Below are positions 47,441 to 56,823 of a stretch of DNA of 64,000 bases, piece after piece (position 1 is the stretch's first letter; every line of letters begins with the position of its first letter). The stretch is taken from the NCBI GenBank assembly GCA_041653515.1, contig JBAZFG010000002.1, positions 125,632 through 189,631 of the forward strand, given 5' to 3'. The DNA comes from Candidatus Nanoarchaeia archaeon. GTDB taxonomy: Archaea > Nanobdellota > Nanobdellia > WJKC01. A program made the position numbers and the translations under genes. Under the pieces are notes generated by a model, which saw nothing but the letters and a program-made list of their open reading frames with translations, was not told the origin of the DNA and did no database searches.

Positions 47441-48211
47441 TTATTTTCTTTTTTTCTTGAAAAAACTCTTAGCAGGTCCTTCCTTGATCGCCCAGCCAAA
47501 ACCAATGCCAATAGCAAGGCTAATACCAAGACTAACCCCTAATACAATATACTTAAAAGTGTCTTCGAGTAAGCTTGTGTTAGTTAGGCCGAATTTTGGT
47601 AAAGCCATTACCACTGCAAAGAATAATATAATGCCATAAACAATTTCTGCTATTGTCTCGTTGAATGGTATTGCGTTGCTCTTGATTTTCTTGCGCACGA
47701 AGTCAGCAAATACCATTGCAATAATTATTATTCCTGCCCCAACGCTTACTTCTGGTATTGCTCTTATTATGCCGTCAAATAATTCTGCCAAGAAAGTTAG
47801 GCTGGTCCTGACAGCTGCTTCTTTGAGGAATATAATGATAATGTAATACTTAACTATTAAGCTGACCGCATTAGTTACTGATATATTATAGAGTGATTCT
47901 TTTAGTTTCATTTTTTTTAGCCATTCATCAATTTGTGAGGCAGTCATTAATTTCTTGATTATTACTTCACTTATTTTTGCCACAACCCAACCGAGTAGTA
48001 ATATTAGTAATGCAGTGATTATTTTTGGCAAAGCTAGTATTAATGCTGTGGCTGATTCTTGTAATGCTTGAGCTGGTAATTCAACAATATTTAGTAAAGT
48101 ATCATTAACCATTATTCTTGTCTTAATGACCGTTAATTTTAAAACGTTTACTAATACTATTATTATTTGTATGGAGCTTGATTCACAGTTAGAAAAAGAG
48201 TACGCGCGCAC
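47441..48211 (-). CDS. Membrane protein (conserved TM-helix-repeat type)
   Basis: Four or five TM segments. The likely start is the ATG at 48112 (MVNDTLLNIV), which removes the overlap with the divergent gene. Confidence 0.5.
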   Translation of the reverse strand: MRAYSFSNCESSSIQIIIVLVNVLKLTVIKTRIMVNDTLLNIVELPAQALQESATALILALPKIITALLILLLGWVVAKISEVIIKKLMTASQIDEWLKKMKLKESLYNISVTNAVSLIVKYYIIIIFLKEAAVRTSLTFLAELFDGIIRAIPEVSVGAGIIIIAMVFADFVRKKIKSNAIPFNETIAEIVYGIILFFAVVMALPKFGLTNTSLLEDTFKYIVLGVSLGISLAIGIGFGWAIKEGPAKSFFKKKRK

Positions 48212-48443
48212 TGTTTTCGCGTTTAAAGAGTTATCAGTGACTGACTCACAGCAAGCGCGTGAATTATATGAGCTGGTTAAATCTTATTATGATGACGCGC
48301 TTCACTTTTACAATAAGGGCTTGAAATTAGAATCTTTTGAGTTATTCGCTTATGTTTGGGGTTTGCTTGACGCTGGCGCCAGGCTTGGTTTGTTTGACCC
48401 TGGTGCTGCGCGCCAGCACTATAAGATAGAGCAACATATTTAA
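48126..48443 (+). CDS. DUF357-like small archaeal protein
   Basis: SYYDDALHFYNKG...AYVWGLLDAGARLGL resembles DUF357. The likely start is the ATG at 48171. Confidence 0.45.
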   Translation: MTVNFKTFTNTIIICMELDSQLEKEYARTVFAFKELSVTDSQQARELYELVKSYYDDALHFYNKGLKLESFELFAYVWGLLDAGARLGLFDPGAARQHYKIEQHI

Positions 48444-48469
48444 ACCATTAATCTTTCTTTTTTCTTTTA

Positions 48470-48634
48470 ATGGTAAAGCATTGTGTTTCTTGTGGTAAGG
48501 ATGTTAGCACTATCAATAATAGTGTTGTTTTTGATTGCCCTAAGTGCGGTAAGGGTAAGATTGTTCGTTGTGGTAAGTGTCGCAGGTTAGGGATTAGTTA
48601 CTCGTGTGTTGAATGCGGGTTTAAGGGGTTGTGA
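48470..48634 (+). CDS. Zn-ribbon protein (COG2888-type, translation-associated), 54 aa, missed by the ORF track
   Basis: Translates to MVKHCVSCGKDVSTINNSVVFDCPKCGKGKIVRCGKCRRLGISYSCVECGFKGL, containing four CxxC pairs. It lies immediately upstream of aEF-1beta, which is the conserved neighbourhood of this family. Confidence 0.6.
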   Translation: MVKHCVSCGKDVSTINNSVVFDCPKCGKGKIVRCGKCRRLGISYSCVECGFKGL

Positions 48635-48910
48635 TTGTTTATGCCAAATAAAGTTATTATGACTGTTAGAGTAATGCCTGAGGGGCTTGAAGTTAATCTT
48701 GATGAATTAAAACAAGCTATTACTAATGCTTTAAAGGGCGTGGCTGAACCTGGTATTACAATTAAGAAGGAGCCGATTGCTTTTGGTCTTAATGCGCTTG
48801 ATGTTACGTTCGTGACTGATGAGGTTACTGGTTCTAGTATTATTGATGATAAATTAGCTGTTTTGTCAGGGGTTCAAACTGCTAGTTTATCCAGTGTTAG
48901 TTTGTTTTAG
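48635..48910 (+). CDS. ef1b: Translation elongation factor aEF-1beta
   Basis: VIMTVRVMPEG...IKKEPIAFGLNALDV pattern and about 89 aa. The likely start is the ATG at 48641. Confidence 0.8.
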   Translation: MFMPNKVIMTVRVMPEGLEVNLDELKQAITNALKGVAEPGITIKKEPIAFGLNALDVTFVTDEVTGSSIIDDKLAVLSGVQTASLSSVSLF

Positions 48911-49274
48911 TTAGCATTACTGCTCGCGCGTCATTAAATACTCCGTCAATAATTGATTGTTTTTTGAAGCCAGCTGACTCAAGTATTTTTATTCGCCCTT
49001 CATTGCTTTCTTGTTCTGCTGCTGCTATTGGGCCATTAATTTTTCTAGTTATTGCTTTTAGTAATAATGAGTGCTCTGGGTTCAAGTGCCAAGCGCTTAA
49101 CTCGTTTAGTGCGCCTAGTTTTTTTATTAACGCAAACCCTTTGATGCCATCATCTTCTATTACTATTTTGTTGATTGCATTATTGAATAAATTAGTTATT
49201 ATGTCTGTGTTAGTGTTGGTTAAATCTTTAATATATTTAATATCATCTCGTGTCATTTCCCGTAATCTTATCAT
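48897..49274 (-). CDS. Small GNAT-like acetyltransferase (tentative)
   Basis: MIRLREMTRDDIKYI... and C-terminal LESAGFKK resemble GNAT ends. No clear acetyl-CoA motif seen. Confidence 0.3.
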   Translation of the reverse strand: MIRLREMTRDDIKYIKDLTNTNTDIITNLFNNAINKIVIEDDGIKGFALIKKLGALNELSAWHLNPEHSLLLKAITRKINGPIAAAEQESNEGRIKILESAGFKKQSIIDGVFNDARAVMLTKTN

Positions 49275-49294
49275 AATCCTTATATGCGCATCCT

Positions 49295-50197
49295 GTGTAT
49301 AAAAGACTTATGTTGTCGCGGGTCGCATCTGATATTAAGGCGTTGCGCATTCAGGGTGCGACTAATATTGCTTATGCCAGTCTTAGTGCTTTGCGCTACG
49401 TGATGAGTAAATCTGTTAAGTCATCCAAATCTTTATTCGTTAAAGAATTATTGTCTGCGCGTAAATTATTGTTTAATGCCCGGCCTAATGAGCCAATGAT
49501 GTTTAACGCGCTTAATCACGTTATTAATAGTATTAATGATTATAGTGGTCTTGACTTCAAGGTTTATGGCTTGAGTGTTCTTGACTCGTTGAAGTCAAGG
49601 GTTGATTTAGCTAAAACTGCGATGACTAAGGTTGGGGCTGGTTTGTTAAAGAAGAATAGTGTGTTATTCACTCATTGCCACTCGAGCAGTGTGATGAGTA
49701 TTATTAAGTCAGCTAAGCCAAGAGAAGTGTATTGCACTGAGAGCAGGCCTCGTTATCAGGGTCGCATTACTGCCACTGAATTAATTAAGGCAGGGCTGAA
49801 GGTTAATATGATTGTTGATTCAGCGGTTGCTGATTATGTTAAGAAAGCTGATTGCTTCCTGATTGGTTGTGATGTTATCACGTCAACTAATATTATTAAT
49901 AAGGTTGGCTCGCGAATGATTTCTATTCTCTGCGATAAGTATGATATCCCATTGTACGTCTGCTCGTTGAGTTATAAGTTCGAGCCTGGCTCGATTGATG
50001 GTTTTATTAGCGCTGTTGAGGAGCGTAACACTAAGGAGGTCTGGGATAAACCACCGCGTGGACTGCAGATTCATAACCCTGCATTTGACGTGGTTGACTT
50101 TGAGGCTATATCTGGTTTCATCACTGACTTAGGGGTTTTGCCGCCTAATTCTTTTATTAATGCGATGCGACAAAAGAAAGGTAAGTTGTTTGATTAA
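49295..50197 (+). CDS. e2b2: Ribose-1,5-bisphosphate isomerase (eIF-2B alpha/beta/delta family)
   Basis: IQGATNIA, CTESRPRYQGRITATEL and IGCDVITS blocks. Adjacent to AMP phosphorylase. The likely start is the ATG at 49310. Confidence 0.8.
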   Translation: MYKRLMLSRVASDIKALRIQGATNIAYASLSALRYVMSKSVKSSKSLFVKELLSARKLLFNARPNEPMMFNALNHVINSINDYSGLDFKVYGLSVLDSLKSRVDLAKTAMTKVGAGLLKKNSVLFTHCHSSSVMSIIKSAKPREVYCTESRPRYQGRITATELIKAGLKVNMIVDSAVADYVKKADCFLIGCDVITSTNIINKVGSRMISILCDKYDIPLYVCSLSYKFEPGSIDGFISAVEERNTKEVWDKPPRGLQIHNPAFDVVDFEAISGFITDLGVLPPNSFINAMRQKKGKLFD

Positions 50198-50204
50198 TAA
50201 TTCA

Positions 50205-50217
50205 TTTTTTTTTTTTT
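50205..50217 (+). terminator. T13 run, archaeal oligo-T terminator candidate
   Basis: Thirteen consecutive T residues, starting 8 nt after the stop of the R15P isomerase gene. Confidence 0.5.
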
Positions 50218-50260
50218 ATAAGGGTAATATCTTTAAATCCTGATATGTTAAGAAACATTA

Positions 50261-51748
50261 ATGAGGTTTAAGGTTAAGGATTTGAATATTTCTGGTGGCA
50301 GTCATTATGTTGTGGTGATGAGTGAGGAGACTGCTGCGCTTGAAGGAGTTCATGTTAGTAGTCGTGTTAGGTTAGCTGACCATACTAAGAATATTATTGC
50401 AGTGGTTGATATTGCTGAGAAGGGCGTGCTCGACCGTTATGAATTAGGCTTGTTTAATGAGGTTGCTGAAGTCTTGCGTGTTAAGAATGGTGATTATGTT
50501 GAGGCTGTGCCTGTATCCCAGCCTAAGAGCATTGAGTATATTAAGAAGAAATTAGATGGCTTGGAGTTAACTGCGCTTGAGATTGAAGCAATTGTTAGTG
50601 ATATAATTAAGAATCGCTTGAGTCAGGTTGAGATGAGTGCTTTCGTGACTGCTTGTTATACACGTGAGTTAACAATGAATGAGACTTATTATTTGACTCG
50701 GAGCGTGGTTGATACTGGTTGTGTTATTAATTTTGGCAAAGGGGTTATTGCTGATAAGCATTGTGTTGGTGGCATTAGTGGTAATCGGACTACGATGGTG
50801 TTAGTGCCTATTATTGCCAGTCTTGGTCTTACTATTCCTAAGACTAGTAGTCGGAGTATTACTAGCCCGTCAGGTACAGCTGATACAATGGAAGTGTTTG
50901 CGCCTGTTGAATTAACTTTAAAGCGGATTAAGAGTGTTGTTAAGAAAGCAGGTGGTTGTATTGTCTGGGGTGGCAACATGAACTTGGCTGCGGCTGATGA
51001 TAAATTAATTAGTATTCGCCATCCATTATCGCTTGACCCGTTGGGTTTGATGCTGGCTAGTATTATGGCTAAGAAGAAAGCGGTTGGTAGCACTCATGTG
51101 ATTATTGATATTCCTTTGGGTGTTGGGGCTAAAACTAAGAGTATTGGTGAAGCCAAGTACCTTGGCGGTCAGTTTGAGGAGTTAGGTAAGCGTTTGGGTA
51201 TTAATGTTAAAGTGTTAATTACTGAGGGCAATAAGCCTATTGGTCGTGGTATCGGGCCCTCGCTTGAGGCCCGTGACGTTGCTTGGGTGTTAGAAGGTGA
51301 CCCTCAGGGTCCAATTGATTTGCGGGATAAGAGTCTTTATTTAGCAGGGGAATTACTTGAGTTGTGCGGTAAAGCTAGTCCTGGCGAGGGCTTATTAATG
51401 GCTCGTGAAGCGTTGGATAGTGGTCGTGCATTAGCTAAGTTTAAGGAGATTGTTAAGTTGCAGGGCGGTAAGTACAAGTCTGGGGCATCATTAAAGCCTG
51501 GTAAGTTTTCTCAGGAAGTTAAGTCAACCCGTAAGGGTATGATTATGTCAATTAATGATGACTTAATCTCTATTGTCGCGCGAATGGCAGGCGCGCCGTT
51601 GGATAAAGGGGCAGGAGTTTACTTGCATAAGACTGTTGATGAGTACGTGCTTAAGGGTCAGTTATTAATGACTGTTTACGCTGATAACGAGCGATTACTC
51701 AAGGAAGCGGTTAATAAGGTTAGTAAGGGCTTGTTTGTGATTAAGTAA
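50261..51748 (+). CDS. deoA: AMP phosphorylase (thymidine phosphorylase family)
   Basis: ADKHCVGGISGNRTT...IPKTSSRSITSPSGTADTMEVF, plus the AMPpase-type N-terminal domain (MRFKVKDLNISGG...). Confidence 0.85.
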   Translation: MRFKVKDLNISGGSHYVVVMSEETAALEGVHVSSRVRLADHTKNIIAVVDIAEKGVLDRYELGLFNEVAEVLRVKNGDYVEAVPVSQPKSIEYIKKKLDGLELTALEIEAIVSDIIKNRLSQVEMSAFVTACYTRELTMNETYYLTRSVVDTGCVINFGKGVIADKHCVGGISGNRTTMVLVPIIASLGLTIPKTSSRSITSPSGTADTMEVFAPVELTLKRIKSVVKKAGGCIVWGGNMNLAAADDKLISIRHPLSLDPLGLMLASIMAKKKAVGSTHVIIDIPLGVGAKTKSIGEAKYLGGQFEELGKRLGINVKVLITEGNKPIGRGIGPSLEARDVAWVLEGDPQGPIDLRDKSLYLAGELLELCGKASPGEGLLMAREALDSGRALAKFKEIVKLQGGKYKSGASLKPGKFSQEVKSTRKGMIMSINDDLISIVARMAGAPLDKGAGVYLHKTVDEYVLKGQLLMTVYADNERLLKEAVNKVSKGLFVIK

Positions 51749-51782
51749 AGTTTTTAAACCAATCATTGTTTTCTTTTCTTTC

Positions 51783-52025
51783 ATGGGTCGAATAAGAACT
51801 AATGAGATAAAGACAATAACTAAACTTGTTGTTGATAAATATGGATTAGATTCATTCTCTGATGATTTTGATAAGAATAAAGAATCCTTGAAGTCATTGG
51901 CAGAGGAGTTCCCGAGCCATCAAGTATTGAATAAAGTGGCTGGTTGCATAGTTAATTTAGTTAAGGATGCTAGGATTGAAGCCAAAGCCCTTGCAGCGCC
52001 CTCAGTGGTTAATGAGGATGAGTGA
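51783..52025 (+). CDS. rps17e: Ribosomal protein eS17
   Basis: MGRIRTNEIKTITKLVVDKY N-terminus; 80 aa. Confidence 0.85.
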   Translation: MGRIRTNEIKTITKLVVDKYGLDSFSDDFDKNKESLKSLAEEFPSHQVLNKVAGCIVNLVKDARIEAKALAAPSVVNEDE

Positions 52026-52132
52026 TTACTAAAATTTATAAATAATAAAGTCTATTATTATTTTTTATGAAAACTAAATGTGATTGTCTCTGGCAATGAT
52101 TTAGTTAGTCTTACTCTTAGTGGTGTTTTCTT

Positions 52133-52462
52133 ATGATTGACTTGCGCGAGTTTTATGGTGTTTTTAGCGAGCAAGTAGTGCGCGCGTATGATTGTGCTCC
52201 TGATAAGTATGTGACTAAGTCAATTAATGATGGTTTGATTGTTTATGACTTTGTTAGTTTTGATTCAATTGACTTAAAAATATTGGCTGGTACTAAGCGC
52301 TCAATGAAGGAGTTAATTAACCCAATTAGTTGTTGTAATTTATTCATTAAAGTTCCTGCAAGTCTTGATGGTTATATTAGTGATTTGGAGTCAATTGGTT
52401 TTAAGGTTCAAGCTGGCAAAGACTTATTATTACTCAGGCGCTTAGGTGATAGTAATGGCTGA
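52133..52462 (+). CDS. Hypothetical protein
   Basis: Intact ORF overlapping the trpS start by 17 nt. No recognisable domain. Confidence 0.35.
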   Translation: MIDLREFYGVFSEQVVRAYDCAPDKYVTKSINDGLIVYDFVSFDSIDLKILAGTKRSMKELINPISCCNLFIKVPASLDGYISDLESIGFKVQAGKDLLLLRRLGDSNG

Positions 52463-53534
52463 TAATGTTGTTAGTGCTTTTGGTACTAGTGAGATAAGAG
52501 ATTATGATAAATTGTTGCGCGAGTTCGGGGTTGAATCATTTAGTAAAGTTAAGTTGTCTGAGCCATTAATTATTATGCGCCGAGCCAAGGTCTTTGGTCA
52601 GCGCGACTTAAAGTCAGTTATTAATGCAATGAAGAATGGCAAGCGCTTCGCAGTTGTTAGTGGTATTAAGCCAAGCAGTCAATTGCATATTGGTTCTAAA
52701 TTAATTGTTGACCAGATTGTTTACTTTCAGAATCATGGCGGACTGGTTTATTACCCGATTGCTGATTTAGAATCATTGGTTGATAATGGTCTTGAATTAG
52801 ACAAAGCGCGTTTGCTGGCTCGTGATAATTTATTGGACTTAGCTGCATTAGGTATTGATTTTAAGAAAGCGCGGATTTACTTCCAGTCAGAGGAAGTGAA
52901 GGTTCAGCGATTAGCTTATGTTTACTCGCGTAACGTGACTAATAATATGCTTAAAGCAATTTATGGCGAGCATCCAATTGGGATGTATATGGCTGCTTTA
53001 ATTCAAGTGGCTGATATTTTATTGCCACAAATCGAGCATGGGCCAATGCCTGTGGTCGTGCCAGTTGGTTTTGACCAGGACCCTCATATTCGTTTGACGC
53101 GTGATATAGCAGTTAAGCATGGCTTGGTGCCTCCGTCATCAACTTATGTTAAGTTCATTAGTTCTTTATTGGGTGTTGAGCGTAAGATGAGTAAGCGCGA
53201 GCCTCAGGGCATGATTATGCTTAGTGAGTCACCTAAGGATGCTCGTAAGAAAATAATGAAGTACGCTTTTAGTGGCGGTCAGGCAACGGTTGAGGCTCAC
53301 CGCAAGAAGGGTGGTGACCCTGATGTTGACGTTGCTTATCAGTACTTAACTTATTTTGAGTCTGATGATAAGAAGTTAAAGAAAGTTTTTGATGATTATA
53401 AGGCAGGCCGATTATTGAGCGGTGAATTAAAAGTTATTCTTGCTGATAAAATAGAGTCTTTCTTAATTGAGCATCAAGCTAAGCGTAAGAAAGCTGAAGT
53501 AATGGTTGATAAATTCTTGAAGAAAACTTTATAA
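52446..53534 (+). CDS. trpS: Tryptophanyl-tRNA synthetase (archaeal/eukaryotic type)
   Basis: HIGH-type SQLHIGS, the GFDQDPHIRLTRDIA block and KMSKR (KMSKS-type). Confidence 0.85.
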   Translation: MIVMADNVVSAFGTSEIRDYDKLLREFGVESFSKVKLSEPLIIMRRAKVFGQRDLKSVINAMKNGKRFAVVSGIKPSSQLHIGSKLIVDQIVYFQNHGGLVYYPIADLESLVDNGLELDKARLLARDNLLDLAALGIDFKKARIYFQSEEVKVQRLAYVYSRNVTNNMLKAIYGEHPIGMYMAALIQVADILLPQIEHGPMPVVVPVGFDQDPHIRLTRDIAVKHGLVPPSSTYVKFISSLLGVERKMSKREPQGMIMLSESPKDARKKIMKYAFSGGQATVEAHRKKGGDPDVDVAYQYLTYFESDDKKLKKVFDDYKAGRLLSGELKVILADKIESFLIEHQAKRKKAEVMVDKFLKKTL

Positions 53535-53556
53535 ACTCCTTAAATAAATTCTTATT

Positions 53557-54126
53557 TTGATGAAAAAAGTTGCTTTGGTTGACTGGGGTAAGGGTGTTAC
53601 TGGTTTAGATGGGTTGCCTGCGTTCCTGGCTGATATTTTTCCAGTTAAAGCTTGCGATGACGTTCTTAAAGTCAGGCAATTATTAACAAAGCCTTTTAAT
53701 CACTGGCTTAAATCGCTTGACTCTAAGATTTGCCGTGAGTACAGCGACGTTATTGGTGTGGCGTTAATGCCTTACGTACCTAGCACAAAGGCGTTGTATG
53801 GCAATAATTTTGATAACGCTTCATTAATCCTTAATATTGCTGTTAATTCACATAATTATAATGGTTCGTTAATCTCAATTGACGTTAATACTATTGGGCC
53901 TGACCGCGCCAAAACGATTAGTATTCATGAGTTATTTGAGGTCTTTCATGGCCGGCATGAGACTCATGATGGCCGGGGCCAGCCTTGCGCTAATAATGGT
54001 GACTTGAGTAAATTAAGTTTTTGCTGCAGTCTTGAGAACACGCTTAATTATATTGATTCATTAAGCCCTTTCTTGTGCGGTCATTGTGATTATAAAGTTA
54101 AAAAGTCACGATTAATTGATTATTAA
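53557..54126 (+). CDS. Divergent archaemetzincin-like putative Zn protein (tentative)
   Basis: HELFEVFHGRHETH...C...CC...CGHC resembles the archaemetzincin HExxHxxGxxH + Cys4 layout, but the second His position is Glu. Confidence 0.3.
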   Translation: MMKKVALVDWGKGVTGLDGLPAFLADIFPVKACDDVLKVRQLLTKPFNHWLKSLDSKICREYSDVIGVALMPYVPSTKALYGNNFDNASLILNIAVNSHNYNGSLISIDVNTIGPDRAKTISIHELFEVFHGRHETHDGRGQPCANNGDLSKLSFCCSLENTLNYIDSLSPFLCGHCDYKVKKSRLIDY

Positions 54127-55597
54127 TCACTGCGTATAATTCTTTAGCATTATTATGTAATTGTTTTATTATTGCTGATACGTAATCAATACTGCTTATT
54201 ACTTCTTTTTTGTTTATTTCAAGTACTCGCATTTCCTCTGCGTTCCTGAAACCAAATCCCCTTCCTTCGCGGAATATTGGTGCAATGAATACTTCGTTTT
54301 CATTAAGGCCTGGGAGTACTTTGTTTGTTATTCCAATTGTTGTTCCAAGGTATTTTCTTGCAAATTCTTCGTTAATTAATACTGATGTTGTTTGATTAAT
54401 TCTCTCGCTTATTTCATTTAGGCTTTTGTTTCTAAGAACCATTTCACTTTTGAATTTTTGAGGCAGGCCAATCACAAAAGTACCTTTTGTTGCGATTGGT
54501 ATTTTTTCAATTCCAGTGCATTTATTATTCTTGAAAAATAGTCGTAGTAATCCCTTGCTGCTATTGAATGCAAGGACGTTTTTATCTGACCTTTTTTTTA
54601 TGTAATTGGGTTTACTGCTTAAGTAATCCTTGAATAATTCATTTATTTTTTTATCTGTCATTGGGTAAAAATTTATTCTTTCATATTCATCCGGATTAAT
54701 GCCACTTTCATTAATAGTTATTCTTTTATAATCACTTATGATTATTTTTTTTGCTTTCATTATTTCTTTGATGAATTCTACTTTCAATAAGTTCTCATCT
54801 AATTTGTTTGTGTAAGCTTCAAGCCATGCCGGCCTGAAGTCAATACTTAATGGTTTGCTGTCAGTGACTTGTATTACTATGTCCTGGCTTTTGTAATTGA
54901 ACATGAACAAGTTTTTCCATTCGCGCCAGCCAGTCTTGATTAGTAATTCGCTGATAGATTGGCCTGGGCTGAGTTCGTAAGAATAAGGGTTTATTCGCCT
55001 GACTGTTGCTGGTTTAGTGGTTGATTCTGTCATCACTGTTTTAGTTTCTTGTTTTGGCAGTTTCTGCGGGTATAATCCTACTTGCGCTACTGCCGCGCCC
55101 GCTTCATTATCCTGGTTTAATAATTTGTTAAGCACTAATTTTAGGAAACCATAAGCTTTTGTTTCTGTTATTTTTTCTTTGAATAATTGTTTCACTTCAT
55201 TGTTAATGCCTGTTTTCTTGAATGTGTTTTTTAATTCATTAATAAGTGTTTTTGAGTAATGCTCAAACATGAATTCATTGTAGTATTTGCTGAAGAAAAT
55301 ATTATCCTGGTTTAAGTCCTTAAGTGAGTTAATTGCTTTTAGTGTTTTGAAGTCATTGGTGTTAAAAATCTTCTTGCGTCTCATTGAGTGAAGTATTTTT
55401 TCTTCAACAATTTTTTGCTTAGCAGGGTTCATAACAGTGTTGGCTATCCTGATAAGCCATTTGAATAAGTTGTAATTAATTGAGTTGTTTGAAAGGTTTT
55501 TTAATTGCTCGGCTGACGCATTAATGATGGTGATTAATTCTTCATTACTTAAATTAAGACTGCTCTTCCTGCTGTTAAACCTGAAGTTAACTATCAT
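54098..55597 (-). CDS. Hypothetical protein (499 aa, AT-rich)
   Basis: Long intact ORF. No recognisable domain. Confidence 0.5.
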   Translation of the reverse strand: MIVNFRFNSRKSSLNLSNEELITIINASAEQLKNLSNNSINYNLFKWLIRIANTVMNPAKQKIVEEKILHSMRRKKIFNTNDFKTLKAINSLKDLNQDNIFFSKYYNEFMFEHYSKTLINELKNTFKKTGINNEVKQLFKEKITETKAYGFLKLVLNKLLNQDNEAGAAVAQVGLYPQKLPKQETKTVMTESTTKPATVRRINPYSYELSPGQSISELLIKTGWREWKNLFMFNYKSQDIVIQVTDSKPLSIDFRPAWLEAYTNKLDENLLKVEFIKEIMKAKKIIISDYKRITINESGINPDEYERINFYPMTDKKINELFKDYLSSKPNYIKKRSDKNVLAFNSSKGLLRLFFKNNKCTGIEKIPIATKGTFVIGLPQKFKSEMVLRNKSLNEISERINQTTSVLINEEFARKYLGTTIGITNKVLPGLNENEVFIAPIFREGRGFGFRNAEEMRVLEINKKEVISSIDYVSAIIKQLHNNAKELYAVINNQLIVTF

Positions 55598-55621
55598 ATA
55601 ATTGATTTAGCATTTTTTTGT

Positions 55622-56797
55622 TTAAGTAATTAGTCTTTCCCTGATTTTAGTGACTTCGTTTCTTAGTTTTTCTTCATTAATGCCCAATAAGTTCTTGCCA
55701 TCACGAACAATTTCTTTTCCTTTTAAGTAAACGCTTTTGATTGCGTTCTTATTCATTATTTTAGCTACAAATTCACTAACTGTCTTAAATGGTTTTAATT
55801 GGCTCATATCAATTAGTGAGAAACTAGCTTCGCTTTCTGGCCCGAATGGCTCATGAGTCATAGTGTATGCTTGATTAATTGTTACGCCAGTGAGCTCGTA
55901 GGACTCCCATGCTTCATTTAATATTGATGATGATGGGTTCCAAGCGTAACTGTCAGTGCCTAGTAACATTTTAACATTATTATTAAGCATTACTTTGTTT
56001 GGCGGCGCGTTATCACTAATCGCTTTATTGCTCGTCGGGCAGTGCATTACTTGAACGTTATTTTCAGCTAACATTAATATGTCCTTGCTGTCAGCGTAAG
56101 TGCAATGAGCTAACCTTAAGTCATGCTCAAGCATTCCAAGACTATTCAAGTAATCAATTGTTCTCATGCCAGTTAATTTCTTTATATGCTTAACATCCTC
56201 AAGTGTCTCGCATGCGTGCATGTGAATTGGCAGGTCATTTTCCTGTGCAAACAATAATCCTTCTTTTATTAATTGTGGTGTGCATTCATACTCGTTAGCT
56301 AAGCCTAACATTATTTTATTGCCGTACTTCTTTTTTAATTCAAGCGTTTGGTTGAATTGTTTGCTAATACTGCTTTTCTCTTTATGAGCATCCTTGACTG
56401 CAAGGCAAGCAGTGTAACCTAACTTGCATTTATTAATTGCTTTAATTACTGGCTCAGGGTTCATGTCCATGGTGTCAACATGAGTCACGCCTTCCTTGAT
56501 TGATTCAAGGCAGGCTAACAGTGATGCTTTGTAAACATCAATTGTTTTGCGCCTGTCATGAACCTTAAAACCAATATTATCAAAATACTCATATTTTTTC
56601 AAGCCAAGCGCAGCCCCACTCACTGCTCGACTACCAAGGTGAACGTGAGCGTTAGTTAATCCTGGCAGTAAGAATAAGCCAGTGCAATCAACGCCTTTAC
56701 TCAGGTTGTTCTTAATGTAATGAACTGATTGGTCAAAGAATATGTCTGTCTTGATTAACCGACCACCTTTCAGAATAGTGATATTATTGAGTATCAT
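55622..56797 (-). CDS. Amidohydrolase-superfamily deaminase (MTA/SAH deaminase or guanine/cytosine deaminase-like)
   Basis: PGLTNAHVHLGS, HMHACET and LGTDS metal-ligand blocks. Confidence 0.8.
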   Translation of the reverse strand: MILNNITILKGGRLIKTDIFFDQSVHYIKNNLSKGVDCTGLFLLPGLTNAHVHLGSRAVSGAALGLKKYEYFDNIGFKVHDRRKTIDVYKASLLACLESIKEGVTHVDTMDMNPEPVIKAINKCKLGYTACLAVKDAHKEKSSISKQFNQTLELKKKYGNKIMLGLANEYECTPQLIKEGLLFAQENDLPIHMHACETLEDVKHIKKLTGMRTIDYLNSLGMLEHDLRLAHCTYADSKDILMLAENNVQVMHCPTSNKAISDNAPPNKVMLNNNVKMLLGTDSYAWNPSSSILNEAWESYELTGVTINQAYTMTHEPFGPESEASFSLIDMSQLKPFKTVSEFVAKIMNKNAIKSVYLKGKEIVRDGKNLLGINEEKLRNEVTKIRERLIT

Positions 56798-56823
56798 TGA
56801 TTAATCTTTAAGTATTTTAATGC

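Noticed and set aside
50221-50247. agggtaat...atcctgat upstream of the AMP phosphorylase gene resembles part of the hairpin-element tail (agggtaatcctgat).
   Set aside because: There is no AACCGC or GC hairpin, and the match is interrupted by the TATA-like ctttaaat box. It is most likely chance similarity within a promoter.
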